Source: Leptospiraceae bacterium
GTDB lineage: Bacteria; Spirochaetota; Leptospiria; Leptospirales; Leptonemataceae
Assembly (NCBI GenBank): GCA_026418015.1
Contig: JAOACE010000017.1
Span: 7,514-71,513, forward strand
Direction of reading: 5' to 3'
DNA: 64,000 nt
A program made the position numbers and the translations under genes. The notes beneath the pieces were generated by a model. It was not told the origin of the DNA. It ran no database searches and was given only the letters and a program-made list of their open reading frames with translations. This document shows, in pieces, positions 26,227-34,973 of this stretch (positions are counted from its first letter, which is position 1; each line of letters starts with the position of its first letter).

Positions 26227-27768
26227 TTAGTAAGTAAATTGAGATCTAAAAAAGATTTGTCTATCGACTCGATTTGTACCAATTACATCTGTATCGGTTA
26301 AGCTATTAGCAGGTAATCCTAATTGGCTAGCAACAAAATTGGAATAACTATTAGCTGTGTATCCACCAGCTCTGATGTTGCTTGCTTGGAAAGGAGTAAT
26401 TTTGTAGGGTGATCCATCTTTTTTCGTAGTAGTAGCTTGTTTAATTCCAACGGCCATTTTAAAACTTTTGTTCGCATAATATTCTAATGCTAATAAATAG
26501 GTTTTCATTTTAGATTTGCCTGCATCCACAGTACCAGAACGAATCAATTGTAGAGCATTTTCTGGCGATAGATCCCCTAGAACACCATTGTTTGCATCTC
26601 GAATCACTAATTGTTCTGCAACAGATAAACCTTCTGCGTAATTCAACTTATCGGAAATCGATGCATTATCTGTATTTATATAATGTCTAAAAACAATTCC
26701 AAATTTTTGATATTGTGCCCAGAGAAATACATAATTTGCTACACCAATGGAGTCTTTTGCTGGTTGATAGTAGTTATAAAAATTACCTATTGTTATTGGT
26801 GTAGTTAATAAGTTTTGATCTACTTTTATCGCTGAACGTCGAATATCTTTATCGATAATTTGACCAGCTCCAATACCAATTTTTATATCATTAAGGTTTA
26901 ATAAAACATCTGCTTCTAAACCATAAGCATAATCTCGCTTTGCAGTAGGATCTCCTTTTAGAACAGTAAATTGGCCAGTAGTAAAGTTTAATGTATCAAC
27001 ATATTCATATTCTGCTCTCTGGATACCATAAATATTTCTTAAAACAAAGGGAACATTTAAAAAGACTCTTGTGGGTAAATCTTCTTTGGTTCCTAAGGGA
27101 GACAAAGAAAACTTACCATAAAGATGATAACCATAAGAATCTCCTGCGCCTTTTGCTAAATCACTTAAAGTTGTATTACTTAGATTCGCTGCATTAGGTC
27201 TTCTACCACCTTCGCCATTACCAAATAGAAGATAAATTTGATATAATTCTGTTTCTTGCTCTAAGCCAACACCTAAATCTGAAGTAGGAGCAACACCTAA
27301 TTGATCCCACATCGCTTTACCATCTGCATCTAAATATCTGTGTGCCCATAGGTTTTCTAACGAATATTTACCTGCGGTAGATGTTGGGTTATTTTGCATA
27401 CCACCGATAACATTAAAACCTAAACCTACGGGAATGCTAAAATATGCATATTTTATGTATGTACTTTGATTGTTACCAGCTGTTGGGTTTGTTTCTAGAG
27501 TGATGTGATATTTCCATCCTTTAAAATCGCCTTCTTTTACATTACCATCCATACGCACATAGACACGACCCATGGTAAAACCTTGTTTGGATCCAGAGTC
27601 TACTATCCCTTTTTGAGCATCAATGTTTTCGTATCCAAACCAATAGTATCCATGTAGCTTAAAGCTGCTTGGTCCTAATTTATTATCTTGCCATTCTGTT
27701 TCGTATCCCCAAATTGCCGAGGATATTAAACCTACAAACAAACTTAAATAAAGTAATTTTGTTTTCAT
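26227..27768 (-). CDS. Outer-membrane beta-barrel (porin-like) protein
   Basis: Cleavable signal peptide (LSLFVGLISSAIWG), alternating-hydrophobicity strands rich in Gly/Tyr/Asn, and a terminal aromatic residue (..FFRSQFTY). Confidence 0.6.
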   Translation of the reverse strand: MKTKLLYLSLFVGLISSAIWGYETEWQDNKLGPSSFKLHGYYWFGYENIDAQKGIVDSGSKQGFTMGRVYVRMDGNVKEGDFKGWKYHITLETNPTAGNNQSTYIKYAYFSIPVGLGFNVIGGMQNNPTSTAGKYSLENLWAHRYLDADGKAMWDQLGVAPTSDLGVGLEQETELYQIYLLFGNGEGGRRPNAANLSNTTLSDLAKGAGDSYGYHLYGKFSLSPLGTKEDLPTRVFLNVPFVLRNIYGIQRAEYEYVDTLNFTTGQFTVLKGDPTAKRDYAYGLEADVLLNLNDIKIGIGAGQIIDKDIRRSAIKVDQNLLTTPITIGNFYNYYQPAKDSIGVANYVFLWAQYQKFGIVFRHYINTDNASISDKLNYAEGLSVAEQLVIRDANNGVLGDLSPENALQLIRSGTVDAGKSKMKTYLLALEYYANKSFKMAVGIKQATTTKKDGSPYKITPFQASNIRAGGYTANSYSNFVASQLGLPANSLTDTDVIGTNRVDRQIFFRSQFTY

Positions 27769-27789
27769 GAGTATGGATTATAGCTTTAA

Positions 27790-27811
27790 ATATTACAGAA
27801 ATATTACAGAA
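27790..27811. repeat. Perfect tandem duplication, 2 x 11 bp (ATATTACAGAA), in the 5' leader of the 26227-27768 porin gene
   Basis: 27790-27800 and 27801-27811 are identical. They lie 22-43 nt upstream of the ATG at 27768 on the minus strand. Confidence 0.85.
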
Positions 27812-28044
27812 AAATAAAAAATTTTATTTTACATTCTGGTATTTTTTGCAATTCAATGTTGATTTTCGATAATAATTAAATAATCAAAATACGATAAATT
27901 GCAATAAACTATTTTTAAAAGCTTAAATCAACTAGAAAAATTTGTCTTTAAACCGATATTTTAAGTTATCTTTCTTTCGATAAAGTGCAATCTTATCAAT
28001 GTATTATTTATGGAACGGCGTTGTCTTAAAATAGTTTTATTTAT

Positions 28045-30168
28045 TCAAAAACCAATGATACTTCGGCATTTGTAGTGATAATAACGTGCGGGATTATCGT
28101 AAGGGTTGTTTTTTAATATTTCTTCGAATATGTCCATTGATTCTCTGATATGATTCTTTGTAAAAAGAGAGATTGCTTTGTAGAAATCTTCTTTTGTCTT
28201 TTCGTAATGTTCTATTAAAAATTCATCGTAATGATTGTAGATTTCGTAAATTTTGACGGGATTTTGCTTTCCTCTTAATAGAATTGTTCCAATATATCGA
28301 AATTTATAATCATCGATTTTGCTTAATTTGTTCAGAACAGATTCTGTAATAAGAATATCTGTACCAAAATCTTTGTTTATTTTTTCTAATCGAGCTGCTG
28401 TGTTAACTGCATCGGAAATCACAGTGGTTTCCATGTGGGATTCGCTACCTACAACACCTAACATTAAGTTGCCAAGATGAATACCAATACCAACTTTAAT
28501 TGGTTCAAAATTTTTTTCGAATATGAAAGCATTAAATTCTTTGATTTTAGTCTGAATTTGAATGCTAGCCATTACAGCAGATTCCGCAGAAGCAGGAAAT
28601 AGAGCCATAAATCCATCTCCTAAATATTTATCGATAAAACCGCGGTTTTCTCTTATCGTTGGTTCTATAAAAGAAAGATACAGGTTGATAAAACGAAAAT
28701 TTTCTTGTGGTGTTAGTTTCTCCGATATTGAAGTAAATTTTCGAATGTCAGAAAACAGTACACACATTTCTTTTTCGGTTTGATCTCCTAACTGAATTTT
28801 CGTTATGTCTCTTTTGTTTAGAAGTTCCAAAAACTCTTTTGGTATAAATTTTTCGAACACAAGCAACAATTCTTTTAAATGGTTAGTAAGCTCTTCGTTC
28901 TTAAAAAATGATTGAGAAAATTTATAAGCTAACGTTAACGATTGAAACAAAATAAACACAAAAAACCCAAAAGGTATCAAATATCCCGTATGGATAATTC
29001 TTTTCGCATATAATATGTCGTTGATTAAAGTAACAAAAACAAAGATAATTCCTAAAAAAGAAAAAATGGCTCCTTCTTTATTTTTATAAGTAGCTAAGAT
29101 AATGCCATAAAAAAGATAAATACTACTAATAATTAAAAATATTTGATAAATTTTTAAAAATTTACCAAAAAATAATATATTTGTGAATATTGTTATAAGG
29201 ATAAATGGAACCGTAAACAAAAAAATAAAATTTATTATGGGATAATAAAATTCTTGGGAAAAAAAATTTTTAATGTTCCATCTATTGGATTGATTCGATG
29301 GATCCCGAAACGCATAAAATAAATAATAACTAAACGTTGGAAGGCCTAGATAGATGCTTAAATATTCAATTTTAATGTGGAATTCCCATGGGAAGTCCGG
29401 AAATAATTGTAATAAAAACTTTTCTCCTGTAACAGCGACGCGAAGAGCAATTAAAAGACAGAATAGTCCAAAAAACAACGAAGCTTTTTCTTTTTTTCTA
29501 AAAAAGGGTAAAAACAAATGATATATTCCCATGATTAATATCACACCAAAGAAAAATAATTCTATTCCAATGGATTTCCAAAAGCTGATTATAATCTGTT
29601 TTTCGGGACCTAATTCTATTGGACTCCATATACCTCCTAAATTGTCCGAAAGGTTGGCAACATGTAAAATAATATCTAATTCTGGTGATCTGTTTTCGAA
29701 AAATTTTATCAAGGGTAAATGTTGTGGTAGAAAAATTTTTTTTTCTGGATCAATCTCTCCATTTTTTGCTATCAGTTCTCCATTAATGTATAAATGATAG
29801 CTGGAATTCATGTGAGGAATTTTTAAACCTAACATCATCGGATAGGGAACATGAGTAATTTTTAACCTATATGTTGCATACCCTAATGGTGATAGGTTTA
29901 AATCTTCCCAAGAAGAAGGAACTTGAACATATTGAATTGAATCAACATTTTTTACTTCGAAATCCTTAGGGGAAAGAAGTTGATTATAATAAAACTCCCA
30001 TTCTCCATTAAGTAAAATATTTCGATTATATAGATCGATTTGTTCTAAATCTAATAAACCTTTTTCTATTCGGTAATTTATCTCTTTTTCTTTCGAACAA
30101 AGATTAAAACTCAATGCCAATAGTAATATTAATATTAAAAAAATTATATTATTTTTTTTATAAATCAT
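28045..30168 (-). CDS. 7TMR-DISM receptor-type class III adenylate/guanylate cyclase
   Basis: Signal peptide plus extracellular 7TMR-DISMED2-like domain (LNGEWEFYYNQLLSP), seven hydrophobic segments, then a cyclase core (CVLFSDIRKFTSISE, IDKYLGDGFMALF, VGIGIHLGNLMLGVVG, TVISDAVNTAARLE) and a TPR-like tail. Confidence 0.85.
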   Translation of the reverse strand: MIYKKNNIIFLILILLLALSFNLCSKEKEINYRIEKGLLDLEQIDLYNRNILLNGEWEFYYNQLLSPKDFEVKNVDSIQYVQVPSSWEDLNLSPLGYATYRLKITHVPYPMMLGLKIPHMNSSYHLYINGELIAKNGEIDPEKKIFLPQHLPLIKFFENRSPELDIILHVANLSDNLGGIWSPIELGPEKQIIISFWKSIGIELFFFGVILIMGIYHLFLPFFRKKEKASLFFGLFCLLIALRVAVTGEKFLLQLFPDFPWEFHIKIEYLSIYLGLPTFSYYLFYAFRDPSNQSNRWNIKNFFSQEFYYPIINFIFLFTVPFILITIFTNILFFGKFLKIYQIFLIISSIYLFYGIILATYKNKEGAIFSFLGIIFVFVTLINDILYAKRIIHTGYLIPFGFFVFILFQSLTLAYKFSQSFFKNEELTNHLKELLLVFEKFIPKEFLELLNKRDITKIQLGDQTEKEMCVLFSDIRKFTSISEKLTPQENFRFINLYLSFIEPTIRENRGFIDKYLGDGFMALFPASAESAVMASIQIQTKIKEFNAFIFEKNFEPIKVGIGIHLGNLMLGVVGSESHMETTVISDAVNTAARLEKINKDFGTDILITESVLNKLSKIDDYKFRYIGTILLRGKQNPVKIYEIYNHYDEFLIEHYEKTKEDFYKAISLFTKNHIRESMDIFEEILKNNPYDNPARYYHYKCRSIIGF

Positions 30169-30173
30169 GATAT

Positions 30174-31124
30174 TTATTTTATATTATAAGTTTTATCTAT
30201 AATATACATAGGTCTATTTTTGATTTCGTCAAAGATGCTTCCTATGTATTCTCCCATTACTCCAATCGTAAGGAGTTGTACTCCACCAAAAAAAATGATA
30301 ATAATGATCGTCGATGCCCAACCTGATACTGTTTGTTGTGGCTTTAAAAATAACGATAAAAACACATAAATTGTTAAAAGCAAACCAACAACAATACTCA
30401 TAAATCCCATTGTTGTTGCAAGTTTTAATGGTTTTCTTGTAAAATACAAGAGAGCTGTTGTTGCGAATTTAATCATTTTAGAAAGAGGATATTTTGTTTC
30501 GCCAGCAAAACGAGGTTCTCGAACATAGTAATAAGGAATTTGTTTAAAACCAATCCAACTAATTAGTCCGCGAATATATTTGTTTTTTTCTGGTAGTTGA
30601 TTAAATGCATCGATTACTTTTTTATCAATTAAGCGAAAATCACCCGTGTTTTCTGGCAAAGGAACATCCGACAAAAGGTTGATGATTTTGTAAAAAGCCC
30701 AAGCAGTAAATCGTTTAAAAAAGGTTTCGCCTTTTCGTTTTTTTCGAACTCCATAAACTACGTTTGCCTGTTCTTTTTTTGCAAGCGATAATAATTCTGG
30801 AATAACTTCTGGCGGATCTTGTAGATCTGCATCAATAATTACTGCATAATCCCCTTTACAATGATGAATGCCAGCACTTACCGCAGATTGATGTCCAAAG
30901 TTTCTCGAAAAAGAAATGATTTTGATTTTTGGATCGTTTTTCGCAATATTGGTTAAAATCTCTAATGTTTTATCGATACTTCCATCGTTAATAAATAAAA
31001 TTTCGTAATTGATATGATTTTCTTTTAGGACATTCGTCAATCTTTTATAGGTTTCTTCGATAACTTCTTCTTCGTTAAAACACGGTACTATAACAGATAA
31101 CAATTCTTTCTTATGATTTTTCAT
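30174..31124 (-). CDS. Family 2 glycosyltransferase (polyprenyl-phosphate sugar transferase, ArnC/GtrB/DPM1-like)
   Basis: LSVIVPCFNEEE, INDGSIDKT, SRNFGHQSA, IIDADLQDPPE, and two C-terminal TM helices. Confidence 0.88.
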   Translation of the reverse strand: MKNHKKELLSVIVPCFNEEEVIEETYKRLTNVLKENHINYEILFINDGSIDKTLEILTNIAKNDPKIKIISFSRNFGHQSAVSAGIHHCKGDYAVIIDADLQDPPEVIPELLSLAKKEQANVVYGVRKKRKGETFFKRFTAWAFYKIINLLSDVPLPENTGDFRLIDKKVIDAFNQLPEKNKYIRGLISWIGFKQIPYYYVREPRFAGETKYPLSKMIKFATTALLYFTRKPLKLATTMGFMSIVVGLLLTIYVFLSLFLKPQQTVSGWASTIIIIIFFGGVQLLTIGVMGEYIGSIFDEIKNRPMYIIDKTYNIK

Positions 31125-31531
31125 TTAAAGGTCAAAAATTTATTCAACAAAAAGTTGGCAAGTGTAAAAACAACCATACTAATAAGCTGGGAAAGATTTT
31201 CATTATATTGTCTTATTCCGTGTAAATAGTATAAAACAGAGAGTTGAATGATATAACAAACAAGAAATACAAGCAAAAAGAAAATGGATTCTTTATATAC
31301 ATTGCCCTGAGATTGAAATGTCCAAAATTTATTCATCACAAAGCTGTTGATAAATCCAAGCAAATATCCAATACCATTCGAATAGATATAATAAACATTC
31401 AAATAATTCGATAGAACAAAAATCGTAGTCAAAGTAATTAAGGTATTGATAACTCCCACTATACCAAATTTAATCAATTGAGAAGTCGTTTTAAAGAGTT
31501 GCTGTTTTAATTGATGGGAATCGAAAATCAT
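31121..31531 (-). CDS. GtrA-family membrane protein
   Basis: 136 aa with four TM segments. LIKFGIVGVINT at the N-terminus and NKFWTF / NKFLTF motifs are typical of GtrA-like proteins. It overlaps the GT2 gene by 4 nt. Confidence 0.8.
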   Translation of the reverse strand: MIFDSHQLKQQLFKTTSQLIKFGIVGVINTLITLTTIFVLSNYLNVYYIYSNGIGYLLGFINSFVMNKFWTFQSQGNVYKESIFFLLVFLVCYIIQLSVLYYLHGIRQYNENLSQLISMVVFTLANFLLNKFLTFK

Positions 31532-31532
31532 T

Positions 31533-31910
31533 CTATTCTGGGTTTACTGGTCTACTACTCATAAACCATACATATTCTATCCACTCTAAAAAATTGATCC
31601 AAGTTTTACCCGAATCATCATTTTTTAGTATTGTTACAATTTTATAGTTTTTATCATCGAAAGCGAAAACATCTTCTGTCCATTCTGCAAAGATGATATA
31701 ATTCTTTTTATGAGGATGACGATATGGTTCAACAAAATAAAAATTTACGATTTCTGGATCGATGGTTGTAACGAGCTTTTTATAGTCTTCGGGAAAGGAA
31801 AAGTTCAAAGCCTTTTCGAATTCTTCGATCTGTTCTTTACTAAAAACAGGACTCTCTCCAAACTTACCACTTTTTTTGATGGATTCGATAATTTTTTCTA
31901 TGTTTGACAT
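31533..31910 (-). CDS. SMI1/KNR4 (SUKH-1) family protein
   Basis: IEEFEKALNFSFPEDYKKLV is the characteristic SMI1_KNR4 N-terminal motif. The size (125 aa) is consistent. Confidence 0.6.
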   Translation of the reverse strand: MSNIEKIIESIKKSGKFGESPVFSKEQIEEFEKALNFSFPEDYKKLVTTIDPEIVNFYFVEPYRHPHKKNYIIFAEWTEDVFAFDDKNYKIVTILKNDDSGKTWINFLEWIEYVWFMSSRPVNPE

Positions 31911-32024
31911 AAGGAATTATTTTTTATCAATTTTATAGTAGTCAACATAAAACGAAAATTCTTTTAATAAAAAGACTTTAAATTCTACTTGCCATAAATG
32001 AATTCGAATAATTTAAGTATATAA

Positions 32025-32040
32025 TTGATTTTAAAATCAA
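32025..32040. promoter_or_regulatory. Perfect 16-bp palindrome TTGATTTTAAAATCAA (candidate operator) abutting a TATAAT hexamer
   Basis: TATAAT lies at 32020-32025 and the palindrome at 32025-32040. The AAAGGAG Shine-Dalgarno and ATG 32059 of the quinone-oxidoreductase-like gene follow. Confidence 0.45.
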
Positions 32041-32058
32041 AAATAAAGGAGATAATCC

Positions 32059-33108
32059 ATGCAAGATAAAAATATTCGATATGTGCAGATTAAAGCAGGA
32101 AACCTAAAAAACTACAAAATTGTCGAAGAGGATTTAAAACCATTATCCGAAAATAAAATTCGTATACAAGTTAAGGCTGTGGGATTAAATTTCGCGGATA
32201 TTTTCGCTTGTTTAGGTTTATATTCTGCAACACCAAAGGGATCTTTTTCGCCAGGATTAGAATTTTCTGGAATCATTACAGAATTAGGAAAAAACGTAAA
32301 ATCGAACTTTCAAATTGGGGACGAAGTAATTGGAACAACGCGATTTGGTGCTTTATCAAATTATGTGGATGTTTCTTCTAGTTATCTATACCCAAAACCT
32401 AAGGAATGGTCTTTCGAAGAAGCAGCGTCTTTTTTTGTTCAGTCTTTAACAGCTTGGTATGGTTTAGTGGAATTAGGTCGACTGAACGAAAATTCTTATG
32501 TTTTATTGCAATCGGCAGCTGGTGGAGTAGGCCTACATGCATTACAAATTCTACATCATTTTAATGCTAAATATTGCGCAATTGTAGGAAGTCCTAAAAA
32601 AATCGAAATTCTAAAAAGTTATGGTGTAGATCAAAACGATGTATTGATTCGAAATAATCGTGTAAAAATCTTTTTTAAAGATCTTCAAAACCATCTTAAA
32701 CAACACAAAAAAAGAGGATTTGATATTGTTTTTGATGCTGTCTCTGGTAAATTTTTTAAACCTCAATTTCAACTACTCAATCGTGGAGGGATTTATGTTA
32801 TCTATGGTGCTGCTGATTTAATGTCCAATTCGAATAAACCTAATTATCTTTGGTTGGCTTATAAATATTTAACGTTTTATCGCGTGTTACCTTTGAACTT
32901 AATCGATAGAAATTATGGGATTTTTGGTTTTAATTTGATTTGGTTGTACGACAAAACAGAATTATTCCAACGTATGATTCGCGAAATGCAAAAAATAAAT
33001 TGGAAAAAACCCCATATTGCAAAAATCTTCGATTTTAAAGATTCTTACGATGCTTTAAAATTTTTGCAGTCCGGAGAAAGTACAGGAAAGGTAGTGATTA
33101 AGTTCTAA
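32059..33108 (+). CDS. Medium-chain dehydrogenase/reductase (NADPH:quinone oxidoreductase-like)
   Basis: GroES-like N-terminal domain (VKAVGLNFADI, GLEFSGII, GDEVIG), the nucleotide-binding motif QSAAGGVGLHALQI, and C-terminal SGESTGKVVIKF. Confidence 0.85.
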   Translation: MQDKNIRYVQIKAGNLKNYKIVEEDLKPLSENKIRIQVKAVGLNFADIFACLGLYSATPKGSFSPGLEFSGIITELGKNVKSNFQIGDEVIGTTRFGALSNYVDVSSSYLYPKPKEWSFEEAASFFVQSLTAWYGLVELGRLNENSYVLLQSAAGGVGLHALQILHHFNAKYCAIVGSPKKIEILKSYGVDQNDVLIRNNRVKIFFKDLQNHLKQHKKRGFDIVFDAVSGKFFKPQFQLLNRGGIYVIYGAADLMSNSNKPNYLWLAYKYLTFYRVLPLNLIDRNYGIFGFNLIWLYDKTELFQRMIREMQKINWKKPHIAKIFDFKDSYDALKFLQSGESTGKVVIKF

Positions 33109-33406
33109 AAATTTGTTAATTGAATCAAGTTCATATATATAAAAAAATTTATAAAAAATTGCATTTTTTTTATTATTATGTTAAAAAATGCTTGCAAAAA
33201 TTTTTCGTTTAACAAACATGTAATATCGTGTCGATGGGGGAATTCCTAATAATGTTTCGTAATTTAATAAGCTCGGTAAATGAATATAAAATGGAGGTAA
33301 GAGAAAAATAATGATTTTACGTTAGAATTTAATACAAAAAAATATTAAAAAAGAATTGCACTTTTACCATTTTATAATAAAAGGTTAAAGGAGAGAGAGG
33401 TTCACT

Positions 33407-34930
33407 ATGAACAAAAAAACAATTAAAACATTCCTTGCTGCCGCAATGGCAGTGCTTGCTTTCCCTTCTTTCTTGTTTTCCCAAGAAGGAGAAGCCTTAA
33501 AATGGGGCGGGTACGTTAAAGTAGATATGTTTAACGATTCCCGCGCGGTTGTAGGTGCTCGTGACGACATGCTTGCGTTGTATCCAGCAGAAAGAAAGCA
33601 GATTACTGCTGCACCAGCAGCTTTAGCGCCCATAGCTGGTACAGATGCTGCTACTCTCTATGTATATGCAAACAATGAGGATCTTAATGCAGTTAAGCAA
33701 ACTTCTATTACGACAGTAGAAACAAGAATCAATCTTACTATTAATGCGCCAGATGCATTTGGTGCAAAAGTAAAAGGTTTTATCGAAGGGGATTTTTTTG
33801 GTGCTGATAATCGGGAGATTTTTAATTTCTATTTAAGGCATGCAAATGTTACGTTTGATTGGGGTAGCTCTAAATTATTAGTAGGACAATGGTGGCATCC
33901 TTTATTTGCTTTGGGGTATCAACCACTAACAGTACAATTCTCCCCGTTGATTATCATCCATCCATTTAATCGTTCTCCACAAATTAGTTATACACAAAAT
34001 TTAGGTGGTGGTTTAAGTTTAACATTAGCTGCTATCTATCAAGCTTATCATGCTTCTACAGGTCCAGCAACTAATAGCGTGACAAATTCAGATGGATATG
34101 GTTCTCGTTTTAAACGATGGGCAGATAAACCCGATATCGATTTACAATTGTTATATAAATCCGATATGTTCGATATTGGTTTAACTTTGGATCTTAACGA
34201 AGTAAGACCTTACGATGACAAACCAGTTTATGATAACACAACAACTGCTAACCAAGTAGGAAACAATAAAAACAAGGTTACTGGTTTAACAAAACAAATC
34301 TTTGGTAAATTTGTATTCGATAAAGATAAAAATGGTCATATTAGGTTTGCTTATTTACAAGGAGAAAATACTTATCATTTAGTAATGTTAGGTGGTTATG
34401 CACAAAAAGGAAGCTTAGTGCTTGATAATTTAACAGCATTGGGATTATCTGCTGCAGAAGCCAATTTAGTCAAAGCATTCACTCCAAAAGAATATACTCC
34501 CATCAAAGTGGTTTCTTATTGGATACAACCAGTATGGGGTAAGGACATTGAATATGCTGTTGCATTGGGTAAAATCGAAAATAAAGGTGCGAAAGAGGAT
34601 ATCAGCACTAATGGATTATTTTATAGAGGAACAAATATAAAATCTATTACGCATGTTATACCACAAGTTAAGTTTAAATCTGGAAAAACAGAATTTGGTG
34701 TAATGTTAGGATATTTTGAAGCTGAATATATGGAAGACGACAAGGGATATAAAGCAATTACACAATATATCAACACCCAAGCTGGTATAGCTGGGCCAAC
34801 CTACGATAAAATAACCATTGGTGGTTTTACGATTCCTAACCCAGCTGTTAGAGATTCCAAAGGTGTAATTGGCGATACCTATAAAGTAGTAGATTATCGA
34901 TTACAAGCATCAGTAAAACAATCCTTCTAA
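33407..34930 (+). CDS. Outer-membrane porin-like beta-barrel protein
   Basis: Signal peptide (AAAMAVLAFPSFLFSQ), beta-strand periodicity, C-terminal ..SVKQSF. It is noticeably more G+C-rich and codon-biased than its neighbours, and has a very strong Shine-Dalgarno. Confidence 0.6.
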   Translation: MNKKTIKTFLAAAMAVLAFPSFLFSQEGEALKWGGYVKVDMFNDSRAVVGARDDMLALYPAERKQITAAPAALAPIAGTDAATLYVYANNEDLNAVKQTSITTVETRINLTINAPDAFGAKVKGFIEGDFFGADNREIFNFYLRHANVTFDWGSSKLLVGQWWHPLFALGYQPLTVQFSPLIIIHPFNRSPQISYTQNLGGGLSLTLAAIYQAYHASTGPATNSVTNSDGYGSRFKRWADKPDIDLQLLYKSDMFDIGLTLDLNEVRPYDDKPVYDNTTTANQVGNNKNKVTGLTKQIFGKFVFDKDKNGHIRFAYLQGENTYHLVMLGGYAQKGSLVLDNLTALGLSAAEANLVKAFTPKEYTPIKVVSYWIQPVWGKDIEYAVALGKIENKGAKEDISTNGLFYRGTNIKSITHVIPQVKFKSGKTEFGVMLGYFEAEYMEDDKGYKAITQYINTQAGIAGPTYDKITIGGFTIPNPAVRDSKGVIGDTYKVVDYRLQASVKQSF

Positions 34931-34939
34931 TTTTGTTTT

Positions 34940-34958
34940 GGCCTAGCAATGCTAGGCC
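34940..34958 (+). terminator. GC-rich hairpin between the porin and chemoreceptor genes (partial terminator or mRNA-stabilising element)
   Basis: GGCCTAGC (34940-34947) / GCTAGGCC (34951-34958) with an AAT loop. No T-run follows, so read-through is likely. Confidence 0.4.
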
Positions 34959-34973
34959 ATTCGTACTTAAAAT

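Noticed and set aside
33109-33406. The 298-bp region upstream of the porin gene, including tiny ORFs (MLAKIFRLTNM; MEVREK) and the segment TCGATGGGGGAATTCC, examined as a possible riboswitch or leader-peptide attenuator.
   Set aside because: I found no recognisable riboswitch core, no convincing terminator/antiterminator pair, and no codon-run logic in the mini-ORFs.
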